From NCBI GenBank assembly GCA_964016885.1, contig OZ024744.1, positions 121,768,001-121,832,000 on the forward strand: a DNA stretch of 64,000 nucleotides, in the 5' to 3' direction. The position numbers and the translations under genes were made by a program. The notes beneath the pieces are model-generated. The model searched no databases. It was not told where the DNA came from and saw nothing but the letters and a program-made list of their open reading frames with translations. Origin of the DNA: Eledone cirrhosa (Eukaryota). This document shows positions 36,201 to 51,200 of this stretch, in pieces. The first letter of the stretch is position 1, and the number at the start of each line of letters is the position of its first letter.

Positions 36201-39200
36201 TACTTCCTCAACACATGACCCAACCATCTCACACTATCTCTCTTCACAACATCCATCACTACCTCTATTCCTCTCACCCAGTCACTTTCATACTTCCTCA
36301 ACACATGACCCAACCATCTCACACTATCTCTCTTCACAACATCCATCACTACCTCTATTCCTCTCACCCAGTCACTTTCATACTTCCTCAACACATGACC
36401 CAACCATCTCACACTATCTCTCTTCACAACATCCATCACTACCTCTAATCCTCTCACCCAGTCACTTTCATACTTCCTCAACACATGACCCAACCATCCC
36501 ACAGTATCTCTCGTCACAACATCCTTCACTACCTCTATTCCTCTCACCCAGTCACTTTTATCCTTCCTCAACACATGACCCAACCATCTCACACTATCTC
36601 TCTTCACAACATCCATCACTACCTCTACTCCTCTCACCCAGTCACTTTTATCCTTCCTCAACACATGACCCAACCATCTCACACTATCTCTCTTCACAAC
36701 ATCCATCACTACCTCTATTCCTCTCACCCAGTCACTTTCATACTTCCTCAACACATGACCCAACCATCTCACACTATCTCTCTTCACAACATCCATCACT
36801 ACATCTATTCCTCTTACCCAGTCATTTTCATACTTCCTCAACACATGACTCAACCATCTCACACTATCTCTCTTCACAACATCCATCACTACCTCTATTC
36901 CTCTCACCCAGTCACTTTTATCCTTACTCAACACATGACCCAACCATCTCACACTATCTCTCTTCACAACATCCATCACTACCTCTATTCCTCTCACCCA
37001 GTCACTTTCATACTTCCTCAACACATGACCCAACCATCTCACACTATCTCTCTTCACAACATCCATCACTACCTCTACTCCTCTCACCCAGTCACTTTTA
37101 TCCTTCCTCAAAACATGACCCAACCATCTCACACTATCTCTCTTCACAACATCCATAACTACCTCTATTCCTCTCACCCAGTCACTTTCATACTTCCTCA
37201 ACACATGACCCAACCATCTCACACTATCTCTCTTCACAACATCCATCACTACCTCTATTCCTCTCACCCAGTCACTTTCATACTTCCTCAACACATGACC
37301 CAACCATCTCACACTATCTCTCTTCACAACATCCATCACTACCTCTATTCCTCTCAACCAGTCACTTTCATACTTCCTCAACACATGACCCAACCATCTC
37401 ACACTATCTCTCTTCACAACATCCATCACTACCTCTATTCCTCTCACCCAGTCACTTTCATACTTCCTCAACACATGACCCAACCATCTCACACTATCTC
37501 TCTTCACAACATCCATCACTACCTCTATTCCTCTCACCCAGTCACTTTCATACTTCCTCAACACATGACCCAACCATCTCACACTATCACTCTTCACAAC
37601 ATCCATCACTACCTCTATTCCTCTCACCCAGTCACTTTCATACTTCCTCAACACATGACCCAACCATCTCACACTATCTCTCTTCACAACATCCATCACT
37701 ACCTCTATTCCTCTCACCCAGTCACATTCATACTTCCTCAACACATGACCCAACCATCTCACACTATCTCTCTTCACAACATCCATCACTACCTCTATTC
37801 CTCTCACCCAGTCATTTTCATACTTCCTCAACACATGACCCAACCATCTCACACTATCTCTCTTCACAACATCCATCACTACCTCTATTCCTCTCACCCA
37901 GTCACTTTCATACTTCCTCAACACATGACCCAACCATCTCACACTATCTCTCTTCACAACATCCATCACTACCTCTATTCCTCTCACCCAGTCACTTTCA
38001 TACTTCCTCAACACATGACCCAACCATCTCACACTATCTCTCTTCACAACATCCATCACTACCTCTATTCCTCTCACCCAGTCACTTTCATACTTCCTCA
38101 ACACATGACCCAACCATCCCACAGTATCTTTCGTCACAACATCCTTCACTACCTCTGTTCCTCTCACCCAGTCACTTTCATACTTCCTCAACACATGACC
38201 CAACCATCTCACACTAACTCTCTTCACAACATCCATTACTACCTCTGTTCCTCTCCCCCAGTCACTTTCATACTTCCTCAACACATGACCCAACCATCTC
38301 ACATTATCTCTCTTCACAACATCCATCACTACCTCTATTCCTCTCACCCAGTCACTTTCATACTTCCTCAACACATGACCCAACCATCTCACACTATCTC
38401 TCTTCACAACATCCATCACTACCTCTATTCCTCTCACCCAGTCACTTTCATACTTCCTCAACACATGACCGAAACATCCCACAGTATCTCTCGTCACAAC
38501 ATCCTTCACTACCTCTGTTCCTCTCACCCAGTCACTTTCATACTTCCTCAACACATGACCCAACCATCTCACACTAACTCTCTTCACAACATCCATTACT
38601 ACCTCTGTTCCTCTCCCCCAGTCACTTTCATACTTCCTCAACACATGACCCAACCATCTCACACTATCTCTCTTCACAACATCCATCACTACCTCTATTC
38701 CTCTCACCCAGTCACTTTCATACTTCCTCAACACATGACCCAACCGTCCCACACTATCTCTCTTCACAACATCCATCACCACCTCTATTCCTCTCACCCA
38801 GTCACTTTCATACTTCCTCAACACATGACCCAACCATCTCACACTATCTCTCTTCACAACATCCATCACTACGTCTATTCCTCTCACCCACTCACTTTCA
38901 TACTTCCTCAACACATGACCTAATCATCTCACACTATCTCTCTTCACAACATCCATCACTACCTCAATTTCTCTCACCCAGTCACTTTTATCCTTCCTCA
39001 ACACATGACCCAACCATCTCACACTATCTCTCTTCACAACATCCATCACTACCTCTATTCTTCTCACCCAGTCACTTTTATCCTTCCTCAACACATGACC
39101 CAACCATCTCACACTATCTCTCATCACAACAACCATCACTACCTCTATTCCTCTCACCCAGTTACTTTTATCCTTCCTCAACACATGACCCAGCCATCTC

Positions 39201-42200
39201 ACACTATCTCTCTTCACAACATCCATCATTACTTCTGTTCCTCTCATCCAGTCACTTTCATACTTCCTCAACACATGACCCAACCATCTCACACTATCTC
39301 TCTTCACAACATCCATCACTACCTCTATTCCTCTCACCCAGTCACTTTCATACTTCCTCAACACATGACCCAACCATCTCACACTATCTCTCTTCACAAC
39401 ATCCATCACTACCTCTGTTCCTCTCAACCAGTCACTTTTATCCTTCCTCAACACATGACCCAACCATCTAACACTATCTCTCTTCACAACATTTCATCAC
39501 TACCTTCATTCCTCTCAGCCAGTCACTTTTATCCTTCCTCAACACATGACCCAACCATCTCACACTATCTCTCTTCACAACATCCATCACTACCTCTATT
39601 CCTCTCACCCAGTCACTTTCATACTTCCTCAACACATGACCCAACCATCTCACACTATCTCTCTTCACAACATCCATCACTACCTCTATTCCTCTCACCC
39701 AGTCACTTTCATACTTCCTCAACACATGACCCAACCATCTCACACTATCTCTCTTCACAACATCCATCACTACCTCTAATCCTCTCACCCAGTCACTTTC
39801 ATACTTCCTCAACACATGACCCAACCATCCCACAGTATCTCTCGTCACAACATCCTTCACTACCTCTATTCCTCTCACCCAGTCACTTTTATCCTTCCTC
39901 AACACATGACCCAACCATCTCACACTATCTCTCTTCACAACATCCATCACTACCTCTACTCCTCTCACCCAGTCACTTTTATCCTTCCTCAACACATGAC
40001 CCAACCATCTCACACTATCTCTCTTCACAACATCCATCACTACCTCTATTCCTCTCACCCAGTCACTTTCATACTTCCTCAACACATGACCCAACCATCT
40101 CACACTATCTCTCTTCACAACATCCATCACTACATCTATTCCTCTTACCCAGTCATTTTCATACTTCCTCAACACATGACTCAACCATCTCACACTATCT
40201 CTCTTCACAACATCCATCACTACCTCTATTCCTCTCACCCAGTCACTTTTATCCTTACTCAACACATGACCCAACCATCTCACACTATCTCTCTTCACAA
40301 CATCCATCACTACCTCTATTCCTCTCACCCAGTCACTTTCATACTTCCTCAACACATGACCCAACCATCTCACACTATCTCTCTTCACAACATCCATCAC
40401 TACCTCTACTCCTCTCACCCAGTCACTTTTATCCTTCCTCAAAACATGACCCAACCATCTCACACTATCTCTCTTCACAACATCCATAACTACCTCTATT
40501 CCTCTCACCCAGTCACTTTCATACTTCCTCAACACATGACCCAACCATCTCACACTATCTCTCTTCACAACATCCATCACTACCTCTATTCCTCTCACCC
40601 AGTCACTTTCATACTTCCTCAACACATGACCCAACCATCTAACACTATCTCTCTTCACAACATTTCATCACTACCTTCATTCCTCTCAGCCAGTCACTTT
40701 TATCCTTCCTCAACACATGACCCAACCATCTCACACTATCTCTCTTCACAACATCCATCACTACCTCTATTCCTCTCACCCAGTCACTTTCATACTTCCT
40801 CAACACATGACCCAACCATCTCACACTATCTCTCTTCACAACATCCATCACTACCTCTAATCCTCTCACCCAGTCACTTTCATACTTCCTCAACACATGA
40901 CCCAACCATCCCACAGTATCTCTCGTCACAACATCCTTCACTACCTCTATTCCTCTCACCCAGTCACTTTTATCCTTCCTCAACACATGACCCAACCATC
41001 TCACACTATCTCTCTTCACAACATCCATCACTACCTCTACTCCTCTCACCCAGTCACTTTTATCCTTCCTCAACACATGACCCAACCATCTCACACTATC
41101 TCTCTTCACAACATCCATCACTACCTCTATTCCTCTCACCCAGTCACTTTCATACTTCCTCAACACATGACCCAACCATCTCACACTATCTCTCTTCACA
41201 ACATCCATCACTACATCTATTCCTCTTACCCAGTCATTTTCATACTTCCTCAACACATGACTCAACCATCTCACACTATCTCTCTTCACAACATCCATCA
41301 CTACCTCTATTCCTCTCACCCAGTCACTTTTATCCTTACTCAACACATGACCCAACCATCTCACACTATCTCTCTTCACAACATCCATCACTACCTCTAT
41401 TCCTCTCACCCAGTCACTTTCATACTTCCTCAACACATGACCCAACCATCTCACACTATCTCTCTTCACAACATCCATCACTACCTCTACTCCTCTCACC
41501 CAGTCACTTTTATCCTTCCTCAAAACATGACCCAACCATCTCACACTATCTCTCTTCACAACATCCATAACTACCTCTATTCCTCTCACCCAGTCACTTT
41601 CATACTTCCTCAACACATGACCCAACCATCTCACACTATCTCTCTTCACAACATCCATCACTACCTCTATTCCTCTCACCCAGTCACTTTCATACTTCCT
41701 CAACACATGACCCAACCATCTAACACTATCTCTCTTCACAACATTTCATCACTACCTTCATTCCTCTCAGCCAGTCACTTTTATCCTTCCTCAACACATG
41801 ACCCAACCATCTCACACTATCTCTCTTCACAACATCCATCACTACCTCTATTCCTCTCACCCAGTCACTTTCATACTTCCTCAACACATGACCCAACCAT
41901 CTCACACTATCTCTCTTCACAACATCCATCACTACCTCTATTCCTCTCACCCAGTCACTTTCATACTTCCTCAACACATGACCCAACCATCTCACACTAT
42001 CTCTCTTCACAACATCCATCACTACCTCTAATCCTCTCACCCAGTCACTTTCATACTTCCTCAACACATGACCCAACCATCCCACAGTATCTCTCGTCAC
42101 AACATCCTTCACTACCTCTATTCCTCTCACCCAGTCACTTTTATCCTTCCTCAACACATGACCCAACCATCTCACACTATCTCTCTTCACAACATCCATC

Positions 42201-45200
42201 ACTACCTCTACTCCTCTCACCCAGTCACTTTTATCCTTCCTCAACACATGACCCAACCATCTCACACTATCTCTCTTCACAACATCCATCACTACCTCTA
42301 TTCCTCTCACCCAGTCACTTTCATACTTCCTCAACACATGACCCAACCATCTCACACTATCTCTCTTCACAACATCCATCACTACATCTATTCCTCTTAC
42401 CCAGTCATTTTCATACTTCCTCAACACATGACTCAACCATCTCACACTATCTCTCTTCACAACATCCATCACTACCTCTATTCCTCTCACCCAGTCACTT
42501 TTATCCTTACTCAACACATGACCCAACCATCTCACACTATCTCTCTTCACAACATCCATCACTACCTCTATTCCTCTCACCCAGTCACTTTCATACTTCC
42601 TCAACACATGACCCAACCATCTCACACTATCTCTCTTCACAACATCCATCACTACCTCTACTCCTCTCACCCAGTCACTTTTATCCTTCCTCAAAACATG
42701 ACCCAACCATCTCACACTATCTCTCTTCACAACATCCATAACTACCTCTATTCCTCTCACCCAGTCACTTTCATACTTCCTCAACACATGACCCAACCAT
42801 CTCACACTATCTCTCTTCACAACATCCATCACTACCTCTATTCCTCTCACCCAGTCACTTTCATACTTCCTCAACACATGACCCAACCATCTCACACTAT
42901 CTCTCTTCACAACATCCATCACTACCTCTATTCCTCTCAACCAGTCACTTTCATACTTCCTCAACACATGACCCAACCATCTCACACTATCTCTCTTCAC
43001 AACATCCATCACTACCTCTATTCCTCTCACCCAGTCACTTTCATACTTCCTCAACACATGACCCAACCATCTCACACTATCTCTCTTCACAACATCCATC
43101 ACTACCTCTATTCCTCTCACCCAGTCACTTTCATACTTCCTCAACACATGACCCAACCATCTCACACTATCACTCTTCACAACATCCATCACTACCTCTA
43201 TTCCTCTCACCCAGTCACTTTCATACTTCCTCAACACATGACCCAACCATCTCACACTATCTCTCTTCACAACATCCATCACTACCTCTATTCCTCTCAC
43301 CCAGTCACATTCATACTTCCTCAACACATGACCCAACCATCTCACACTATCTCTCTTCACAACATCCATCACTACCTCTATTCCTCTCACCCAGTCATTT
43401 TCATACTTCCTCAACACATGACCCAACCATCTCACACTATCTCTCTTCACAACATCCATCACTACCTCTATTCCTCTCACCCAGTCACTTTCATACTTCC
43501 TCAACACATGACCCAACCATCTCACACTATCTCTCTTCACAACATCCATCACTACCTCTATTCCTCTCACCCAGTCACTTTCATACTTCCTCAACACATG
43601 ACCCAACCATCTCACACTATCTCTCTTCACAACATCCATCACTACCTCTATTCCTCTCACCCAGTCACTTTCATACTTCCTCAACACATGACCCAACCAT
43701 CCCACAGTATCTTTCGTCACAACATCCTTCACTACCTCTGTTCCTCTCACCCAGTCACTTTCATACTTCCTCAACACATGACCCAACCATCTCACACTAA
43801 CTCTCTTCACAACATCCATTACTACCTCTGTTCCTCTCCCCCAGTCACTTTCATACTTCCTCAACACATGACCCAACCATCTCACATTATCTCTCTTCAC
43901 AACATCCATCACTACCTCTATTCCTCTCACCCAGTCACTTTCATACTTCCTCAACACATGACCCAACCATCTCACACTATCTCTCTTCACAACATCCATC
44001 ACTACCTCTATTCCTCTCACCCAGTCACTTTCATACTTCCTCAACACATGACCGAAACATCCCACAGTATCTCTCGTCACAACATCCTTCACTACCTCTG
44101 TTCCTCTCACCCAGTCACTTTCATACTTCCTCAACACATGACCCAACCATCTCACACTAACTCTCTTCACAACATCCATTACTACCTCTGTTCCTCTCCC
44201 CCAGTCACTTTCATACTTCCTCAACACATGACCCAACCATCTCACACTATCTCTCTTCACAACATCCATCACTACCTCTATTCCTCTCACCCAGTCACTT
44301 TCATACTTCCTCAACACATGACCCAACCGTCCCACACTATCTCTCTTCACAACATCCATCACCACCTCTATTCCTCTCACCCAGTCACTTTCATACTTCC
44401 TCAACACATGACCCAACCATCTCACACTATCTCTCTTCACAACATCCATCACTACGTCTATTCCTCTCACCCACTCACTTTCATACTTCCTCAACACATG
44501 ACCTAATCATCTCACACTATCTCTCTTCACAACATCCATCACTACCTCAATTTCTCTCACCCAGTCACTTTTATCCTTCCTCAACACATGACCCAACCAT
44601 CTCACACTATCTCTCTTCACAACATCCATCACTACCTCTATTCTTCTCACCCAGTCACTTTTATCCTTCCTCAACACATGACCCAACCATCTCACACTAT
44701 CTCTCATCACAACAACCATCACTACCTCTATTCCTCTCACCCAGTTACTTTTATCCTTCCTCAACACATGACCCAGCCATCTCACACTATCTCTCTTCAC
44801 AACATCCATCATTACTTCTGTTCCTCTCATCCAGTCACTTTCATACTTCCTCAACACATGACCCAACCATCTCACACTATCTCTCTTCACAACATCCATC
44901 ACTACCTCTATTCCTCTCACCCAGTCACTTTCATACTTCCTCAACACATGACCCAACCATCTCACACTATCTCTCTTCACAACATCCATCACTACCTCTG
45001 TTCCTCTCAACCAGTCACTTTTATCCTTCCTCAACACATGACCCAACCATCTAACACTATCTCTCTTCACAACATTTCATCACTACCTTCATTCCTCTCA
45101 GCCAGTCACTTTTATCCTTCCTCAACACATGACCCAACCATCTCACACTATCTCTCTTCACAACATCCATCACTACCTCTATTCCTCTCACCCAGTCACT

Positions 45201-48200
45201 TTCATACTTCCTCAACACATGACCCAACCATCTCACACTATCTCTCTTCACAACATCCATCACTACCTCTATTCCTCTCACCCAGTCACTTTTATCCTTC
45301 CTCAACACATGACTCAACCATCTCACACTATCTCTCTTCACAAGATCCATCACTACCTCTGTTCCTCTCACCCAGTCACTTTTATCCTTCCTCAACACAT
45401 GACCCAACCATCTCACAATATCTCTCTTCACAACATTTCATCACTACCTCTATTCCTCTCACCCAGTCAATTTCATACTTCCTCAACACATGACCCAAAC
45501 ATCTCACACTATCTCTCTTCACAACATCCATCACTACCTCTATTCCTCTCACCCAGTCACTTTTATCCTTCCTCAACACATGACCCAACCATCTCACACT
45601 ATCTCTCTTCACAACATCCATCACTACCTCTATTCCTCTCACCCAGTCACTTTTATACTTCCTCAACACATGACCTAACCATCTCACACTATCTCTCTTC
45701 ACAACATCCATCACTACCTCTGTTCCTCTCACCCAGTCACTTTTATCCTTCCTCAACACATGACCCAACCATCTCACACTATCTCCCTTCACAACATTTC
45801 ATCACTACCTCTATTCCTCTCACCCAGTCACTTTCATACTTCCTCAACACATGACCCAAACATCTCACACTATCTCTCTTCACAACATCCATCACTACCT
45901 CTATTTCTCTCACCCAGTCACTTTTATCCTTCCTCAACACATGACCCAACCATCTCACACTATCTCTCTTCACAACATCCATCACTACCTCTATTCCTCT
46001 CACCCAGTCACTTTCATACTTCCACAACACATGACCAACCATCTCACATTATCTCTCTTCACAACATCCATCACTACCTCTATTCCTCTCACCCAGTCAC
46101 TTTTATCCTTCCTCAACACATGACACAACCATCTCACACTATCTCTCTTCACAACATCCATTACTACCTCTGTTCCTCTCACCCAGTCACTTTCATACTT
46201 CCTCAACACATGAACCAACCATCTCACACTATCTCCCTTCACAACATTTCATCACTACCACTATTCCTCTCACCCAGTCACTTTCATACTTCCTCAACAC
46301 ATGACCCAACCATCTCACACTATCTCTCTTCACAACATTTCATCACTACCTCTATTACTCTCACCCAGTCACATTCATACTGCTTCAACACATGACCCAA
46401 CCATCTCACACTATCTCTCTTCACAACATTCATCAATACATCTATTCCCCTCACGCAGTCACTTTTATACTTCTTCAACACATGACCCAACCATCTCACA
46501 CTATCTCTCTTCACAACATCCATCACTACATCTATTCCTCTCACCCAGTCACTTTTATCCTTCCTCAACACATGACCCAACCATCTTACACTATCTCTCT
46601 TCACAACATCCATCACTACCTCTATTCTTCTCACCCAGTCACTTTTATCCTTCCTCAACACATGACCCAACCATCTCACACTATCTCTCATCACAACAAC
46701 CATCACTACCTCTATTCCTCTCACCCAGTTACTTTTATCCTTCCTCAACACATGACCCAACCATCTCACACTATCTCTCTTCACAACATCCATCACTACC
46801 TCTATTCCTCTCACCCAGTCACTTTCATACTTCCTCAACACATGACCCAACCATCTCACACTATCTCTCTTCACAACATCCATCACTACCTCTATTCCTC
46901 TCACCCAGTCACTTTCATACTTCCTCAACACATGACGCAACCATCTCACGCTATCTCTCTTCACAACATCCATCACTACCTCTATTCCTCTCACCCCGTC
47001 ACTTTCATACTTCCTCAACACATGACCCAACCATCTCACACTATCTCTCTTCACAACATCCATCACTACCTCTGTTCCTCTCACCCAGTCACTTTTATCC
47101 TTCCTCAACACATGACCCAACCATCTCACACTATCTCTCTTCACAACATTTCATCACTACCTCTATTCCTCTCACCCAGTCACTTTCATACTTCCTCAAC
47201 ACATGACCCAAACATCTCACACTATCTCTCTTCACAACATCCATCACTACCTCTATTCCTCTCACCCAGTCACTTTTATCCTTCCTCAACACATGACCCA
47301 ACCATCTCACACTACCTCTCTTCACAACATCCATAACTACCTCTGTTCCTCTCACCCAGTCACTTTTATCCTTCCTCAACACATGACCCAACCATCTCAC
47401 ACTATCTCTCCTCACAACATTTCATCACTACCTCTATTCCTCTCACACAGTCACTTTCATACTTCCTCAGCACATGACCTAAACATCTCACACTATCTCT
47501 CTTCACAACATCCATCACTACCTCTATTCCTCTCACCCAGTCACTTTTATCCTTCCTCAACACATGACCCAACCATCTCACACTATCTCTCTTCACAACA
47601 TCCATTATTACCTCTGTTCTTCTCACCCAGTCACTTTCATACTTCCTCAACACATGACCCAACCATCTCACACTATCTCTCTTCACAACATCCATCACTA
47701 CCTCAATTTCTCTCACCCAGTCACTTTTATCCTTCCTCAACACATGACCCAACCATCTCACACTATCTCTCTTCACAACATCCATCACTACCTCTATTCT
47801 TCTCACCCAGTCACTTTTATCCTTCCTCAACACATGACCCAACCATCTCACACTATCTCTCATCACAACAACCATCACTACCTCTATTCCTCTCACCCAG
47901 TTACTTTTATCCTTCCTCAACACATGACCCAGCCATCTCACACTATCTCTCTTCACAACATCCATCATTACTTCTGTTCCTCTCATCCAGTCACTTTCAT
48001 ACTTCCTCAACACATGACCCAACCATCTCACACTATCTCTCTTCACAACATCCATCACTACCTCTATTCCTCTCACCCAGTCACTTTCATACTTCCTCAA
48101 CACATGACCCAACCATCTCACACTATCTCTCTTCACAACATCCATCACTACCTCTGTTCCTCTCAACCAGTCACTTTTATCCTTCCTCAACACATGACCC

Positions 48201-51200
48201 AACCATCTAACACTATCTCTCTTCACAACATTTCATCACTACCTTCATTCCTCTCAGCCAGTCACTTTTATCCTTCCTCAACACATGACCCAACCATCTC
48301 ACACTATCTCTCTTCACAACATCCATCACTACCTCTATTCCTCTCACCCAGTCACTTTCATACTTCCTCAACACATGAGCCAACCATCTCACACTATCTC
48401 TCTTCACAACATCCATCACTACCTCTATTCCTCTCACCCAGTCACTTTTATCCTTCCTCAACACATGACCCAACCATCTCACACTATCTCTCTTCACAAC
48501 ATCCATCACTACATCTATTCCTCTCACCCAGTCACTTTCATACTTCCACAACACATGACCAACCATCTCACATTATCTCTCTTCACAACACCCATCACTA
48601 CCTCTATTCCTCTCACCCAGTCACTTTTATCCTTCCTCAACACATGACCCAACCATCTCACACTATCTCTCTTCACAACATCCATTATTACCTCTATTCC
48701 TCTCACCCAGTCACTTTCATACTTCCTCAACACATGACCCAACCATCTCACACTAACTCTCTTCACAACATTTCATCACTACCTCTATTCCTCTCAACCA
48801 GTCACTTTCATACTTCCTCAACACATGACCTAACCATCTCACACTATCTCTCTTCACGACATCCATCACTACCTCTGTTCCTCTCACCCAGTCACTTTCA
48901 TACTTCCTCAACACATGAACCAACCATCTCACACTATCTCTCTTCACAACATTTCATCACTACCTCTATTCCTCTCACCCAGTCACTTTCATGCTTCCTC
49001 AACACATGACCCAACCATCTCACACTATCTCTCTTCACAACATTTCATCACTACCTCTATTCCTCTCACCCAGTCACTTTCATACTTCCTCAACACATGA
49101 CCCAACCATCTCACACTATCTCTCTTCACAACATCCATCACTACCTCTATTCCTCTCACCCAGTTACCTTTATCCTTCCTCAACACATGACCCAACCATC
49201 TCACACTATCTCTCTTCACAACATCCATCATTACCTCTGTTCCTCTCACCCAGTCACTTTCATACTTCCTCAACACATGACCCAACCATCTCACACTATC
49301 TCTCTTCACAACATCCATCACTACTTCTATTCCTCTCACCCAGTCACATTCATACTGCCTCAACACATGACCCAACCATCTCACACTATCTCTTTTCACA
49401 ACATCCATCACTACCTCTATTCCTCTCACCCAGTCACTTTTATCCTTCCTCAACACATGACCCAACCATCTCACACTATCTCTCTTCACAACATCCATCA
49501 CTACCTCTATTCCTCTCACCCAGTCACTTTCATACTTCCACAACACATGACCAACCATCTCACATTATCTCTCTTCACAACATCCATCACTACCTCTATT
49601 CCTCTCACCCCGTCACTTTTATCCTTCCTCAACACATGACCCAACCATCTCACACTATCTCTCTTCACAACATCCATCACTACTTCTATTCTTCTCACCC
49701 AGTCACTTTTATCCTTCCTCAACACATGACCCAACCATCTCACACTATCTCTCATCAAAACAACCATCACTACCTCTATTCCTCTCACCCAGTCACTTTC
49801 ATACTTCCTCAACACATGACCCAACCATCTCACACTATCTCTCTTCACAACATCCATCACTACCTCGATTCCTCTCACCCCGTCACTTTCATACTTCCTC
49901 AACACATGACCTAACCATCTCACACTATCTCTCTTCACAACATCCATCACTACCTCTGTTCCTCTCACCCAGTCACTTTTATCCTTCCTCAACACATGAC
50001 CCAACCATCTCACACTATCTCTCTTCACAACATTTCATCACTACCTCTATTCCTCTCACCCAGTCACTTTCATACTTCCTCAACACATGACCCAAACATC
50101 TCACACTATCTCTCTTCACAACATCCATCACTACCTCTATTCCTCTCACCCAGTCACTTTTATCCTTCCTCAACACATGACCCAACCATCTCACACTATC
50201 TCTCTTCACAACATCCATCACTACCTCTATTCCTCTCACCCAGTCACTTTTATACTTCCTCAACACATGACCTAACCATCTCACACTATCTCTCTTCACA
50301 ACATCCATCACTACCTCTGTTCCTCTCACCCAGTCACTTTTATCCTTCCTCAACACATGACGCAACCATCTCACACTATCTCTCTTCACAACATTTCATC
50401 ACTACCTCTATTCCTCTCACCCAGTCACTTTCATACTTCCTCAACACATGACCTAAACATCTCACACTATCTCTCTTCACAACATCCATCACTACCTCTA
50501 TTCCTCTCACCCAGTCACTTTTATCCTTCCTCAACACATGACCCAACCATCTCACACTATCTCTCTTCACAACATCCATTATTACCTCTGTTCTTCTCAC
50601 CCAGTCACTTTCATACTTCCTCAACACATGACCCAACCATCTCACACTATCTCTCTTCACAACATCCATCACTACCTCAATTTCTCTCACCTAGTCACTT
50701 TTATCCTTCCTCAACACATGACCCAACCATCTCACACTATCTCTCTTCACAACATCCATCACTACCTCTATTCTTCTCACCCAGTCACTTTTATCCTTCC
50801 TCAACACATGACCCAACCATCTCACACTATCTCTCATCACAACAACCATCACTACCTCTATTCCTCTCACCCAGTTACTTTTATCCTTCCTCAACACATG
50901 ACCCAGCCATCTCACACTATCTCTCTTCACAACATCCATCATTACTTCTGTTCCTCTCATCCAGTCACTTTCATACTTCCTCAACACATGACCCAACCAT
51001 CTCACACTATCTCTCTTCACAACATCCATCACTACCTCTATTCCTCTCACCCAGTCACTTTCATACTTCCTCAACACATGACCCAACCATCTCACACTAT
51101 CTCTCTTCACAACATCCATCACTACCTCTGTTCCTCTCACCCAGTCACTTTTATCCTTCCTCAACACATGACCCAACCATCTAACACTATCTCTCTTCAC

